Positions 10,401 through 23,789 of a stretch of DNA of 49,132 nucleotides are shown one piece after another. Numbering within the stretch: the first letter of the stretch is position 1; each line of letters opens with the position of its first letter. A program made the position numbers and the translations under genes. The notes below the pieces were generated by a model that ran no database searches, had not been told where the DNA came from, and saw only the letters and a list, made by a program, of their open reading frames with translations. The stretch comes from Chromera velia (Eukaryota), in contig JAHBMJ010000396.1 in assembly GCA_018398765.1 (NCBI GenBank), forward strand, positions 1 through 49,132. Reading direction: 5' to 3'.

Positions 10401-11800
10401 GAGGCTCTCCTCCTCAAGATTGAAACCCATGTGTCCAAGGAATACCCCACGTGCTTCTTGGATTTCGTCCTCCGTCCTTGTTGCACTCCTGCTTCTCCAC
10501 GAGTCCCTTTGACGTCCGTCATCAGTCGGGGTGTGGAGTAGTTCTTAAAGGTATCCAGAACCTCTCCCTGCATAATCTCCCCCAAGTCGGAGTGGAGCAT
10601 GAGCACGAAACGACGAGTCTAAGCGTCATACACCCCCCGGTGGTATGTCATGAACACCGGCCGCTTCACCTTCTAATTGTACCCCAGGGGCTCCCCGTCG
10701 GCCCCCAGAAGGCGGTTCCCCTTCTTGTCACAAAAGACGGGGCCTGAATCCTTCACCCGCCTTCCCCGTGAAGGAGCGCGAGTGTGCTTCCGCACCGTCC
10801 CAGGCGTGTGCAGCACCCCAGGGCCTGACGGGTCCAGAATAGTCCCCTTCATTGAGGAGCCGAGCGGGACAAAGAAATCCGGCAGCGGCGACTCCCCGGA
10901 GTCGACGGAAGCCCTGTTGGACACAACAGGAGAGGGAGACCGTGCTCGGGCACCCGCCGCCCCTGCTTCTCTTACCGAGGCCTCGGCCTGAGCAGGGGAG
11001 GGGTCGGAGGGTTCTACAGGAGCAGGGGGAGGGAAGGAGGGAGGCAGTGCAGAGGGGAGGGCAGATGAAGACGATGACGAAGCCGATGCCTGCGCCTCCA
11101 TGCTCGAAATCTCTTGATAGCCCTCACGAAGGTGAGTGAGGCGAGAGGCTTCCCGTAAGCCCACAACACCTTCGCCCTCATCCGCCAGTTGGAAAGAAAA
11201 TTTCCTCGCCGGCCACTGTGTCTCTCGCTGCAACCCCTCGTACCGTCCCACCGAAGAGGTGCCCGGAAGGACTAGAGGGAATCCCCTGTGATCGAGGTCG
11301 CTCCTACCTGCCCGTCTGCGGTAGCGAGCACCTGTGTCCCCCTCCTGCCTTGCAGAAATTTTTCAGAGTCAGGGATCCTCCTGGTCTCCACCCGCCGGAG
11401 CCAGGAGGATGGTTCCTTCTTGATCAAAACGAGGCCCCCCCCGAAGGCGGAGGTTGTTCAGGACCGTCTGCAGATGCTCCGAATGGACTTGCAGGACGGT
11501 AAAACGTTCCCCTTGAATGTTTTTCTCCTTGTGTCTGTGAAGGACCGCGACAACATCGTGCGTGAGCGGAGCCAAAAACTGCATAATGACTCCGCACAAC
11601 TCCATTCCCAGGGAAGGTATGGACACCACCGCTGTGTCCCCCACTCTCCATCCAGGAGGCGCTCTCCGGAATGTCAGGGTAAAAGGGATGCCCCCCACCG
11701 TTCTGTGAAATGCACAGGAATACCCCCAACGTTCCTCCATCGCCATGAGGTGAATCACAGTAAGGGGAAAACGGTGGTTCGGGTCCGACATGAGGAAGGC
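7486..11800 (-). pseudogene. Extra coding region of unknown function between integrase and RT of element A
   Basis: A chain of same-strand ORF fragments (7486-8100, 8191-8514, 8592-8915, 8977-9504, 10017-10430, 10307-10606, 10673-11251, part of 11369-12043). It includes a [15 protein letters not shown] cluster. Confidence 0.5.
9486..10017. mobile_element. AT-rich MITE-like insertion in element A
   Basis: Inverted termini GGGTTACA...TGTAACCC, many internal GGTTACA/TGTAACC motifs, (T)ATAT on both flanks, and a sharp drop in GC content. Confidence 0.75.
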
Positions 11801-13901
11801 TACTCCCTCCCGATTGCTGCAGATGCAGCGCTCAACTAGAGCCTGCAGACCCTTTCCAACGTTACACACGGTACGGAGGTCCCTGATGGTACTCAATGGG
11901 GTGGAGTCTGGGGGACCCGTCCCTCCGGAGCCACGACTGGAAGGAGGCCCCCGCTCCCACCTTCTCTTCATCCATGCACACCAGGTGCAGACGCCCCAGC
12001 CAGTGAGCAAAGTAATACGCGCAGTCGATGAAGGAAGCCTCATCTTTCTCCTTAGCTGGATGGGCCAGAGAGAACCCAGCTCCTGGCTTGTAGAGGATGA
12101 CCATCATTCCGAACCCCCCTGTCTCGGCCTTTGCGAGACGGTCCTTGAAGAACCAGATATCGATGATCCAGACCGTTCCCTTGATCGGCCTCCAATCTGC
12201 CGACAACTTCTCACTCCTTTTATGGATGCGGGGAGTGATCGCGTTCTTCAGCTGACAGAGGAGATACGCAGAAACCTACCCTCTGCAGTCCTCATCGATG
12301 TCAATGCCCTCAGCCGTGAGAGTCTCCTTGAGATCATCGAAGTTCTGGTGTCCGTAGCGCACGTGCAGTGCCATCACCTCACGCTTCTGGTCGACCATGA
12401 CGGCCGAGAAGGCAGCCAGGTACGTCCGTTCGTACCCGTAGTCCCATGGTTTGAAGTGGGCTGCACCTCCAGCATCAAACTTTCTTACCGCGAGAAAGGG
12501 ACCTTGCTGACAGTGGTCCGTGTCCGCCAGCTCCGAGGCAGTCCATCCACCCACGACCCAATACGTGATCGGGTAGGCAGCCACAGGGACCTCAACGCCG
12601 TCGGGTATGGCTCTGAAGTCCTTCTTGGCCGACTGCTTCTTCTCCGCATCGGGGAGAGGGGTTCGGGGAATCCTCTCATAAGGATCCCTCTGTTGCCTCA
12701 GCTTTTGCACCTTGTTCTGCCGGTCCCACACCTCCTGCAGTGACTGGAACCAGTACCCACATGAACCTCCTTGGGGACCGCCCCCATGGAAGTGCTCAAA
12801 GGACTCGTTCGGGACGGCTTTGTGGTGCGGGCTGCGGTCATACACTGCTCGAGGGAGGTGGTTGAGGCCGTACCCGTCTGGCCTGTCTCCCCAGGGCTTG
12901 TGGATGATGCAGGCCTCCAGTGCTCCCACCTTGAAGGGGGTGTCCATAACCTCAACATCAACCTGCAGAATGCCCTGACGCACCCCCTCCTGGTACATCA
13001 GGTCCATAGACAGCCTCACCCTATGTGAGATCTGCCTCTCCTCCTTCGTTTTCTCAGCCCACACACAGTAGGCGGGAAGGACATCCTTCGGCGAAGAACG
13101 AGGGACAAAGAGACGTGCACCAGGAGCATTACGAATCAGCACGTCAGGGAGATTCGGCTGATCGACCGTGTGGAGGAAGCAGGGGACGACAATGTTCTTT
13201 GGAGCGCCGGAGGGGTCGTGAGTCCCGAACTGGATTCCAAGAACCGTAGGACAAAAGAACACTGCCTCATCCCCCAGTCCCCATGACTGGAGGGGCATCT
13301 CCAACTGCACCTTCCACTCAATGAAATCCTGTCCCGTGATAAGATGCTCATAGTGCCGATACCGCGTCCTTCTGGGTAGCCCCCCGTCTGGGGGCCCGTC
13401 CCCCTCCTCCCCAACACCCCCGGTGAACAAACCCGTCCAGTCCAGGATATTCGGCCCCCCAAAGGCACGGATGAGGCTCCTCACCTTCCTCCAGGAGATA
13501 AGGTTCCCGAACGTACAGGAGTCAATATGGATTTTAAAGACCCTGTACTTGACGAGTTCGGGGTTTTGGGATCTCGTATTTCCCGAAACCTGGTAGACCT
13601 CGAACTTCTCCAGAAACTCAGCCCGTCGCCGGGTCCTGCTCAGGTCGTTCATCAGTTCACTCTCGTACTGGGAGACCATGTAGATAGCAGACTTCGAACC
13701 AGAGGGCACCGCACCCATGGTGATCTCGTCCTCCGGACCCCGCGTGCAAGAGATGGCCTCAGGGAGATGGGGGTCCTGCTCCTCCATCATATCTCTGATG
13801 CGCTGGACTCCTCCTGCAGTGAACTCCGACTGGAAGGCTTGCATGACCGTCATGCAAGTCTCTAAACCTGCAGGGAAGATAGCCCACCCTATATGTTCCA
13901 A
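11800..13901 (-). pseudogene. Aspartic protease and integrase of element A
   Basis: [14 protein letters not shown] at ~13501-13540 (DSG-like). LHVRYGH...C..LLC zinc finger near 12360-12250. WIIDIW and VCMDEE are candidate catalytic Asp motifs. Confidence 0.7.
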
Positions 13902-14447
13902 GCCTGTCCGTTCAGGCTCATCGGATAAGATCGTTTGCCAGGCTCCACGGACTCCTTCTCTCCATACATCGACCCCTGTGTAGGTCCCAACAGGATCTCA
14001 GGCAGACAGGCGCTCCATAGCCCCATCATGCCATACATGGAAGGTCGTTGTGTTGTAGTCGGGCGAGTACTTGGCTCCAGGCTCATAGTACATAGGGAAA
14101 CCAAGCTGGTCTGCAAAGTGAACCTTTTCGAGAGACCCCTCCCCGTGAGTGATCTTCTCCTCACCCTTAGATGCGTCGATGGTCAGGTTGAACGGGTCCC
14201 CCTTCCTACGTGAAATGCCACCCATCACTACGACATCATCATCATCGTCCTGACCCCCAGGACCGACAATCTGCGAGGATACAGGAGGGACACTACCCCC
14301 CCGCTGCGCCTGTCCGGAGTCTGAGTTCTTCTTCTCGAAGTTCTCGTTGTTGAACCTGCCAGGAGAAAGGGTACGCCCACCACGGCCATGACCCCCACCG
14401 CCTCCTCTCCCCCCTGAGCCGCCCCTACGACCAGGATAGGGAGACCC

Positions 14448-16886
14448 TCAACGGTCTCCAGAGCCGCCTCCACGGCCTCCTCCTCCCGGAGGACCCTTAG
14501 AGCGGCCCTCCGAGCCGCCCCTGTCCTGCCCGGTCTTGTCTATCTGCTTCATCATCCACCGCTTCTTCGCGTTCTTGTCAGGGCAGTTGTTGGGAGCATG
14601 GCCCATCGTTCTATACGATGGGCAGCCGTCCTTCTTCTGAATCCAAGGACAGGCCCCATGGCCCCCCCACTCTGCATATCCGTCCAGACGGTTGCATCTC
14701 AGGCACTGCCCATCGCGGTACCCGTGGGGAAGGCTCTTCCTGCTGGCAGGATCCCAACACGCTTTGTCCCACAAAGACCCAAACTCTCCATCCCACTGAC
14801 CGGGCTTGATTGGAGTTTCTGCAGGTCCTGCCATCGTCCCGATGAACGCATCTGACCCGGATCTATCCCGGTGTCGGACACCATATCGATCGAGAACGGG
14901 GTTCCTGTTGGGGCCCCTAGGGTTGACAACGGCCTGAGTGGGAGGACAGTCCTTTCCTTCCACCCCCTTGTCATTGTATCTACTGAAGGGAGCAGAGGAA
15001 TTGGACCCAGGAGAGTGCCCCCGATTGGAGCTCCCCCCGCCATCCCCCTTGCCGAAACCCCCTCCAGCACTGCCCTGCCTCCCGCGATCAGAGTTGCCCC
15101 TGCCCTTCCCACCAGAGTCAGGGGTCTTTCCACCTGAAGGTTTCCCTCCCTTTGCCTTGGAAGGGGACTTCCTCTGTGGGACTCCTCCAGGCCCCGCGAA
15201 TGCCACGAAAGGAACCTTCGAAATGATACCCCCCCACGAGGCACCCCCGGAGTCCCTCACCCCGAAGGTTGCCGCCTTCTGTTCCCACTCTCTCTTCAAG
15301 TCCTCGACTCTTTTAACCAGACCCCGGTCCCAGGCATCCCCGAGAGACTTGTTGAAGGTCTCCGCCTGGGCAGCGATGACGTGGATCTCCTTAATGATCT
15401 CCACTTCGCTGGTGAGGTCCACCGGGTTTTGCCTCTCCTGCCACCTTATGATGAGGTCGTTTGGCAGGTGTGCCGTTAGGAGCCCGAGCATGTACTTCAC
15501 ACCAAGCTCGTGGACGATGTTCTCCTCAATCAGGTGGTTAAGGAGACGCTTGTGATGTGCGAGCAGCTCTGTGTAGGTACCGAACCGACAGGGCTTACAA
15601 GCAATCCTCTCATACTCCAGGACGAGGGCAGAGGTCGAGTACTGGATCGTTTTGAAAAAGTACGCAAAGATCATCGCCACGACCTTATCTCGCATCTCCA
15701 CAAAGGTCCTCGGGACCGATGTCAAGATCTCCTCCAGGGTGTAGGCGATAAAGGGATCCTCAGGGTCACACTTGGGCCTCCCCTGAGTTCCACTCGACTC
15801 CCTAACTCCCAGGAAAGAGAAGATGTCAGGTGCACCCGGCGCCCCGACATCCCCAGTATGCACCCCCCTACCTATAGACACCGTCGCAGGTTCAGGGGGA
15901 GACACAGCAGGATACACCCCCCCACCCGTAAGGGGGGTCATCTGGAATACCAAAGGCAGGCGACCTTCAGTAGTACCTCTAGGGACACCCTTGGCCTGGG
16001 GAGGAGGAGAGAGCACGTCTATCTCCTTGCAGAGTTTGTCGGCCTGCTTGTTCAGAGCAAACCCATCAGATACCAGCTGGTCAATATGACCTTGCAAGAT
16101 CGCTACCAGCGTATCCTTATCAGCCTTCTCAGCGTCAAAGACCTCTTTCTTCTCGGCCCAGGATGCCAGTTCTGATGCGTACGCCTCTTTCCCTTCAGAC
16201 CCCTCAGGGAAATTGTCCCTCTTGGGCATGCTACTCAACACGTCATTCTCCTCCTTCTGGATCTCTAGAATTTAGAGCTTGTCAGCACCTCGTACGGCGT
16301 CCAGACCCGATATCTGGGCCACGAGGTCCTCGTACTGCTTCCTTTTCTTCGCCATCAGGGTGGTGTCAGATCGCACACCGACCACCTGCACCCCCCCATT
16401 GGAACTGCTACTGCTACTGCTACGGCGGTCCCGCTCATCAGAGGCCGGACGCTGCTCACTGGACATGGGGATGGACATCTGACGGGAGGTGTCTGGTCCC
16501 GCTCCTGTCTCCTCCTCCGTCTTTACTTTCGTCTCTGTTGAAGCTCCCTCATGGAGCTCCCCACCTAAAGAAAACACAACAGGGCGAGACAGAGAGAGGG
16601 AGGAGGGTTCCTTCAGAGTCTGCAAGCAGAGGATCTGCTCGTTCAGAGACTTCAACTGGGGACCAGAGATTCTCTCCTTCTCTTGACGTGAGAGAAGCTC
16701 CCTGATTTCTATGATCCTCGCCTTGCCTATTCTCAGGACGTCGGTCCGCTGCAGATATCTCTTCATCCACTCCGCATCGGGCGGAGAGACGCAGTCCACA
16801 ACGTGCCTGTGGAAAATCCGGAGCTGCTTAGAGACTTCCAAGCTGAGGTGGGGCACTCGTTCCACCACCTTCTCCAGCACTTCCAC
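14448..16886 (-). pseudogene. Gag-like protein of element A
   Basis: ORFs 16272-16886 and 14448-16241 are in frame across a single stop. They give a coiled-coil N-terminus, a Gly-rich region and C-terminal CLRC...H..C / CPSY...GH....C knuckle-like motifs. Confidence 0.6.
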
Positions 16887-18067
16887 CTCGGTCCTTGCGA
16901 CGTAGTGCTTAACGTTGACCCCTACCTTGTTCTTGTTGGTGAGGGTGAGCTCGCCGCACCACTCATCCGAGTCCCCGAGAATGGCAACAGCATCTGCATA
17001 TTACCGTACCCACTCGATGATGTCCGCATCGTCCGTGAGGCCGAAGACGCCCACGGTCTTCGCCTCCATACCCTTGATTGCGATGCACCCATGGAAAGCG
17101 TCCTTTTTAGGACCCATGGTAAGTTACCTGCAGTAGGGAATCGGGAATACAACAAGGGGAATGTTGTCAGAATGACAATGGGAGACTCTCTCAGTGACGG
17201 TGCCAGTAAAAAGTAGAGTCTCACCTCTCTTGAGATTCCTTTAGTGGAATCCTATGGGCCCTCCCGTGTCGATCCTCTAGCCTATCCAGAAGACTCCTCA
17301 GACTGCTATACTCCCGAATTCCTGGCCCTCTCCTATTGGAGGACCACAGCGAATACGTCTCCGTGACGTACTCGTCTAGACCGATACAGATAATCAGAAA
17401 TAAATACCTGATCAGTCTCTTCACCAGACAGAAAATCTATGAACCCCCACAGTCCACAGTACGCTCCTGCTGGTGGCCTCGTGCAATACTCAGAGCACAA
17501 GAGAACCACAGAGACACATAAGGCACAGTACAGATCCTACACATGAAGTTCTGTCAATCCCTAGGTCACGTCTCTCATTCAGACGGACGGTAACCGCCGT
17601 GCACATCTATCTGACTGTCTAAAAATTAATTTGGGACCGGAATTAATTCTGATGCCTCCGATGGCATAACTGCATCATCGGCCTATTTAAATCCCATATG
17701 AAGCCTCAGAGCACACACTACCACGGTGAGTGCCTCGGGTGTATTTCTTACGCCAAAGTGGATGCAGGCCATACCATGGAACTCACAACATGCACACCTC
17801 TATCGCAGGCGCCCCGCCACCCCATGTGGACGGGCCGCTGCGTGTGCGTCGCTCCTTTCTCTGGCTCGGGGCGAAGGGACGAATGGAAATGCCGGGACCG
17901 GAATTCATCCTCCGCGAATCCGACCAGGAACGGGACCGTCGTTTTCTTTCACATTTGTCAGTATATGCATATGATGAGATAGGATAGGATATAATATTTA
18001 GTATACAATATTAAATTGATTGATTGATTGATTGATAGATAGGTTCTGCAGTAGGCCTTCCCGCTAC

Positions 18068-18383
18068 CGTAAAGTAACAGACAAGGCTCGCGGGCGCAGG
18101 ATGCATAGACAAACGTATAAAACAATATCCCGCGCACAAGTATGAGCGATAAATACAGAATTAAATGTAGAACAAATTGCAATTAAAGCATGCTATTGCG
18201 GCCTTTTCCAAAGGTGCTCATGCGTACATGCTTGATTTACCAACCGTTTCAAAGTGCAAAAGGCCTTTCCAATGGCCAAGAAGTAAGACGGTATGTTTGA
18301 TAGTTCTTCTCTGTAAACGAACACTAAGTTTCCGTTTGCCTGTCTGGGATCGTTCACACTTGATTCTAGACCGTATTCTTACA
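18068..18383 (+). repeat. 5' LTR of element B
   Basis: Direct repeat of 23790-24112; reads CGTAAAG...TTCTTACA. Confidence 0.95.
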
Positions 18384-18401
18384 TGGTGCCGGCTCCCGGG
18401 A
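18384..18401 (+). promoter_or_regulatory. Primer-binding site (tRNA-Phe-like)
   Basis: TGGTGCCGGCTCCCGGGA lies directly after the LTR. Its complement TCCCGGGAGCCGGCACCA resembles eukaryotic tRNA-Phe 3' ends. Confidence 0.6.
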
Positions 18402-18689
18402 AGGCCGGGGAAAACATGCAGTTTTCTTTCCTCTTCTTTCTCGGGTTCAAGGTTTGAGTTTTACAAGTTGAAATGCGGACTCCAATCCTTGGAGGACATT
18501 TGGAGGATGTGCGGAGCGGTGAAGCAGAAGACTAGCAGCAGCAGCAGCAATTATCACAGCTGCAGTAGCAGCAGCAGCAGCAACAATCATCACAGCAATA
18601 AGAGTACGCGCAATACACATACTTTGAAGAATATATCCCTCCAGTATATCCTCCCGGTCTCTCTGGCTCCCCTCATCGCACCCCTTTGC

Positions 18690-20356
18690 CCTCCCCTTAC
18701 CCGTGGACCTTCAATCTATACGGATCCCCGATGACTCCTCAACAGCAGCAGCAGCAGCAGTATCCGGCGGCTCCTATCATGATAACCAGAAGAAGCAGTC
18801 AGGCACAGAAGATCCTCGATGAAGTCCCAGTCTTTACCGCAGAGCCTCCCACAGACGATCAGAAGCCCCACAAGCCCCACCTCACCATTGACATATGGAA
18901 GTAGTAGATAGAAGATGCTATTGCGGAAGCGAAGACAATCGATGGTACCCACACTTTTGGTCCCTTTGATCAAGCCATCTTAATCAAACGCATAATTTCC
19001 CTTTCTGTCCGAGACGTTCTGAAATTCCAACCCCAATAGGAATCGAAGCAGAACGACCCAGAGTGGCTGCTCGAAGAACTGGACAGCCTATACCTTGGAG
19101 CAAAGCATGAAAGGGTCTTGATTTCCTGGCAGGAGGTGAAGTCCCTCTCTCCTCGAATCCGAGAATCCATCGTAGACTACTTCGCCCGCTTCCGTAAATC
19201 CCTAGGTCACCTCCGAAAGCTCATCCGCGCTCTCTTGTTCGGAGATCCATCCATGACCGAATTGGAATACGCTTTCCTGCTTGATTCCCTTCCTGCAGCG
19301 AGCGCGGCTAGGAGGTACGTTCTCATAAACATCACAGAATGCACTCCACTTGGTTTGTTCGAATGCTTGCGTAGGTACGAGCAAATTTACCTCCAGCAGT
19401 CCCCCACTACTTCCATTTGCCTAGCGACAGTGCCCGGACAGGGACGCACTCCCTTCAAAAGAGCTCCCGCTCCTTCTTCGCACAAGCCGAGTTCTCAACC
19501 CGCAAACCGTAACTCGCAGCGAAAGGATTCTAACCGCAAGAAGAATCCTAATCCGAACAGAGCCGAGCTTTTGCCTTGCAAATTCTGTGAGACATCGCAT
19601 CCGGTTGGGCAGCATACTCGTTATATCTACTGTTACGGGGCCTCACACAAAGACCGCTCAGACTCAGCCTGTCCCGTTGTCGCACACAAGTGCAAATATG
19701 GAAAGGTTAGACACTTTGAGCATGCGCGTCTCTTCGAAAGAAACAAGGCAAAGGATGCCAACGGAAAGAGTGCACACATCAAGCATTTTTTTGTCTCGTT
19801 GACAGCCGAGGATACTGGTGCAGCATTTGACCTGTATACACATTGGGGGAAAAATGATGGGGCAAACGTAGATGCAGTGGGGGAACATTATTTGAGGACA
19901 GTCATGGACATTGCTTACACAGTACGAGAGCTCCCCGCCCCCATCCTTGTTTACACCACAAAGGAGACTGAGATTTCTGTGTACACAGCACAAGAGGCCG
20001 TTGTTCCTCAGATAATTCTTGGACCTCTCTGAGAAACCGTTTCTTTCCTAGTTCTTCCCGACTCCCCTGTTCCTTTCCTCTTCTCCAAACCGCTTTGCAA
20101 GCGGCTCGGGGCTGATTTCACCTATCGCACTGGAGAGATGGGAGTTTGTGAAGACGGAGATAAAACCATTGCCAGCCTCCCCTGGATCGATGTGGGACGA
20201 TATTTTGCTCTGCCTTTCCGTCAGAATCCCCCCAAAAATCTCGATAAACCCTCCATTATGATGGTAGTTGAGGGACCTGCGTCTCCCGCTATTAACTCCC
20301 TACAGGAGTTTGCCGTCGATGATACAGACATCAGGCCTGTGCAAGTGGGTGCATAG
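18690..20356 (+). pseudogene. Gag/protease region of element B
   Basis: Broken ORFs. ESIVDYFARF is gag-like, and there is a CKFC...H...H / C..H..C cluster. Confidence 0.6.
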
Positions 20357-20545
20357 CTGCATGCAGATGACGAGACCGAGTCCGTCATTGAGAATTCTGA
20401 CGCAGACGGGTCCTCAGAGGAATTAGAAGCCAACCCCGATTCTTCTGAGCCTTCTTCTGTCCCCGAAACCATCTCTGCCGTCTTCCTTGAGTCCAGTGAG
20501 GTTTTCTCTTTCCCTCGTCGCAACCTGTATCGTCTTATCCAACAG

Positions 20546-21706
20546 GTGCATTGCGACTACGGTCATGATAGTGTGTCTGAAGTCCTTGCCCAACTCAGTC
20601 GTGTCTTTACCTTTTCTTTTTCTGGACGTACTCTTCGTAAAGTCGTCCGTCGAGTCCTCCGTGCCTGCCCGGAGTGCCCAAAAGTGAAAAGGCCATGCGG
20701 TTTCACTATTCCCGGTGTTTCGTGCACTTGTGGTCCTTATACTAGCTACAGTCTTTGCATAGACAGTCAGTATTTCGGGCCGTCCGAGACCGCATACACA
20801 CACCAGATGTCCATTATTGAAGACACCAACAATCAGGGTTTCGGTCTCCGATATTCTGCTGCCCCTACTTCTGAAGAGTCCCGCGATTTCCTCCAATATG
20901 TCTGGGTTTCTCGGTATGGTGTTCCCATTGAAATCCACTGTGACCCAGGTCTAGAGTTTCAAGGAGTATTTAAAGAGTATGTAGAGTATGAGTTGGGCAT
21001 CAAAGGGGGGCCCACTTATACTCCAGTTAACTATTATGATCCGATTGTGGAAAGATGGCAGCGTGAAGCCCTTGCCATCATGCGTGCGACGCTCCTTGAG
21101 AAAGGTCTCTCCCCTCTTAAATGGCCAAAGCTCCATGACCTCGTCATTTGGCGTTTAAACTCTCGCCTCACTCTTACAGGCAAGCCCTGTCAGACCCAGT
21201 TGCACTCTTTCCCTCCTTTGCCCTGTTTTCGGGAGTTTTTCACTTCTGTGCGTCGCCCTTCTCCCCCCTCTCTGCAAACCTTTGAGGTGGGAGATATGGT
21301 TATATACAACCAAGGTGCGGGCCTGGGAGGCCGTCGATTGGGCATAGGTCACAAGTGCGGTCCTGTTTATGTACCGTACAGGGTGACGGAGAAGAAGAGA
21401 AACCACTTCTATGAGCTCAAAGCACTTGATACAAACACTTGCCCATTCTACACAACCGCAAGCCCCCACCAACTCGGTCCCACCACTGTTCCCTTTCCAG
21501 ACCTGGATAGAGATCCAGTTTCTTCCGACCCTCCCGCACCCTCAGTGCTGCCTTCGACTACTCTAGTACCACCGGATATACCTCCCATTCCCTCATTTTC
21601 TGTTCCCTCCGCACTTTTGCCTCCCAGCAGTATGGTTGTCGTATCTTCGCCAGAGCATTCGCTACTCTGGATAGAAGAGATATGCGGTATGATTCCTTCA
21701 GGATAG
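20546..21706 (+). pseudogene. Integrase of element B
   Basis: HCDYGH...CPEC zinc finger; LCIDS, IHCDPG and VERWQRE form the DDE triad. Confidence 0.9.
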
Positions 21707-22249
21707 GGGTCAAGCTGCAATGACCCTCTGTACAAGATTCACGCTTGGGGAAGTCATCAGCGCTCAGCCCTCCATCGCCGCCAATGGCATCCCGGGCATT
21801 ACATCCGCTCTGGGGCGTACGTGCAATACGACTCACGGGTCTGAAACAAAGACTCTGAGTTGATGGAAGCCAATCACTCGCGCATCAAAGCAGCCAACTT
21901 CGAGATGGTATCTGGATAAGGAAACAGAGGTTCCCGTCTCCCCCCTGATCTGTGTGAGCGCTTGGCAGCAGGCATTGATGGATGCCGCTTCGGAGCTTAT
22001 CCTGGGGAGAGTGACCCCGATCCGTCTGTCCCTGTCTCTGTGTCCTTTCTCTCTGCCGCGTTCACAGAAATCAACGCTGCCACCACCCATCAGCCCGTGA
22101 AGATGCGCGATCTTCCCCCTAATGAGCAGGTGAAAGTTCGAAAAGCAGATAAGTGAGAGGATAAAGGGTGGGCTGATCTGAAAGTTTACGAAAAGGTCCC
22201 TCTTTCCGCTGTCCCCCCTGGAGTAACCCGAGTGCCGCTGAAGCGCGTC

Positions 22250-23743
22250 CGCACCAGCAAGCTCACCGATCATGGTTCACGCAAATACAAGACTTGCACT
22301 GTCTTCAAGTTGTTAGGTAACCTGATGTCTTGACTGGGGCTTGATGTCTCCACCAGCCTCTGTCCTGCAGAGTCCATGCGCCTTATTTTTCAGATTGCCC
22401 TCGACATCTACAAATGTCGAGGTATCAAACTGTCTATGAAAAAGGCAGACATCACCCAAGCGTACCTTCAGGCCGATCTTCCCCCTGACCGAGAGGTCTG
22501 GGCCATTCCCCCCCCCGACCATCCTAGCTTCGGTCAGTTCCTCTGGCGGCTACGCAAGGCTGTGTATGGGATGCCGGATGCAGGAAAGATCTTCGAAAAG
22601 CACCTTCGTACAGTGCTTCTAGCTGTTGGATGGGAGGAGAGTCTCTTTCATGGATTGTTCTTCCTTCGGGGTGAAGATGGCGAACTGCGTGGCATCATTG
22701 CTACCTATGTCGATGACCTGTTCATCTTGGGGCTTAGAGAAGATGCGTCTTCTCTTGAAATTCCCATCCGAGAGACTCTCAGTGTGGGAGAATCTGCAGA
22801 GATCACCGAGGAAAGATTTATCGGTGTTCAGTTTAGGACCACCGCTGATGGCTCCCTGTTCACCCACCAATATGACTATGTCTCTTCCATGGTCCTCCTA
22901 TCTGATGCTCCCGGTACCGATCGCAGAGCAGACAAGCCTCTCCCCGTAGGTGCCACCCATGAAGACGATGAGAGCCCTCTCCTTTCAGACGAGGGCGTAC
23001 GAGTATTTTGAACCCTCCTAGGACAGGTGGGTTATGTTGCCAATTGTACAAGGCTGGATGTTGCACTCGTTTACAGTTATCTATCCCGCTGGATGTCTAT
23101 CGCCACAGAGCGCGCTTTCTGTCTGCTCGTGCAGACCGTTCGTTACCTTAAGGGAACACCCAATCTCGGAATCCCCATCCGCCCGTCTCCCAATCCACAC
23201 GAGTTCACAGGGGTATATCATGCAGACGCATCCTTTGGAAACGCATCATCTCCCCACCCACAGAGCAGCCGAATCCTCTTTCTGAATGGGTCTCCGATTG
23301 GATATAAAAGCAGACGCCAGCCACGTGTTGCACGCTCCACCATCAGAGTAGAAGTCCTCTCCCTGGAGGATGCCGTTGACGACGCAATCTACACTACACT
23401 GTGCATATCCTCTTTCTATCAGACTGTCCGTCTAGCTGTGGGCTGCGATGCAGCTAACGTCTTCCATCTGATCAAATCTGGGGCTCCCACCTCTGCCGAA
23501 CGTGCTCTGCTACCAGTCCTCAAGGGGCTCAACAATAAAGCGTGTGTTGTCCCTCTTTTGGCTGCAACCGACCTCACTGAGCTTCACCAAATCGCAGTCT
23601 TCAAGATTCCTACCGATCAAAACATTTCCGATGTCCTCACCAAGGCTCTCAACGTTGGTTTTCTCAATGGACTGATGCAACTAACCAGCACGGTGCCCTC
23701 TGTATTCGGGGAGGACATCGTTGCATCTACTCCGCCCTTTTAA
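22250..23743 (+). pseudogene. Copia RT and RNase H of element B
   Basis: RT motifs ADITQAYLQA, LRKAVYGMPDAG and YVDDL; RNase H motifs HADASFG, STIRVE, GCDA and NISDVLTKAL. In-frame stops are present. Confidence 0.92.
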
Positions 23744-23789
23744 GTGAAGTGATTTCCCTCCTCGCTACCGCTACAAGGAAAAAAAGAGC

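Larger units (their letters stand above)
5141..17250 (-). mobile_element. Very large degenerate Ty1/copia LTR retrotransposon (element A); both boundaries approximate
   Basis: Minus-strand order is Gag-like with Cys/His knuckles, protease ([13 protein letters not shown]), integrase (HHCC, two Asp), RT, then RNase H. There are many stops and frameshifts. A PPT at 5641-5652 is followed by TG. Confidence 0.8.

Noticed and set aside
11790..12743. 317-aa plus-strand ORF and other antisense ORFs over the retroelements and genes
   Set aside because: These are shadow frames opposite motif-bearing coding sequence in GC-rich DNA.
17200..18060. 5' LTR or PBS of element A
   Set aside because: No second copy of the 5141-5640 sequence and no convincing PBS were found.
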